From a virus, in the IMG/VR virus record IMGVR_UViG_3300021492_000072: a DNA stretch of 64,000 bases. One strand, given 5' to 3'. Within the stretch, counting starts at the first letter, position 1, and each line of letters starts with the position of its first letter. The notes beneath the pieces are model-generated. The model saw nothing but the letters and a program-made list of their open reading frames with translations, had not been told where the DNA came from and did no database searches. Both the position numbers and the translations under genes were made by a program. Positions 63,877-64,000 of the stretch are shown here, one piece after another.

Positions 63877-64000
63877 TTTTGTGGAGTGGAGCGCCAGGTT
63901 CTAGCACCAAAATTCTTAACTCCTCCTACTCTTCAGCACTGAAATTCTTGACAAAACTCTATAGAAATCACTTATACTGTCAAACCTTTTCATCTCACTC

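Noticed and set aside
1-64000. tRNA, rRNA, integrase and virion structural genes
   Set aside because: None recognised by eye; a covariance-model scan would be needed to exclude tRNAs formally.

Overview
This 64-kb window is part of a large dsDNA virus genome, most likely a tailed phage. Essentially every credible gene is on the minus strand, tightly packed, with GGAGG(T) Shine-Dalgarno sites. The host is inferred to be an anaerobic, probably thermophilic bacterium (PolA, RecA, DnaB, sigma-70 region 4, lytic transglycosylase, class III RNR), though several genes look archaeal-type. The left third holds replication, recombination and nucleotide metabolism: RecA, SSB, UDG-PolA fusion, dUTPase, primase, DnaB, SF2 helicase, Rad50/Mre11, NrdDG and RNase HII. 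A 7-deazaguanine DNA-modification set (TGT/DpdA-like, FolE2, QueD, QueE) is scattered across it. Highlight 1: a nuclease-less Nop-domain, IS110-related protein (26261-27163) is followed directly by an unannotated ~17-unit non-coding array. In the array, 9-10 nt variable spacers alternate with two different short repeats at a 36-37 nt period, which is the architecture of an RNA-guided TIGR-Tas (TasA-type) system. Highlight 2: a 10.6-kb tandem array of 32 diverged paralogues of one unrecognised ~105-aa protein (49185-59782), plus 3 more copies at 34199-35301, with a conserved scaffold, hypervariable loops and signs of ongoing unequal recombination. The window also encodes an AcrIII-1-like ring nuclease, Ku, a 6-phospho-3-hexuloisomerase, a degenerate DtxR/MntR, a MoxR-vWA pair and several smaller paralogue families. 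All calls come from motif recognition by eye; no database searches were run.
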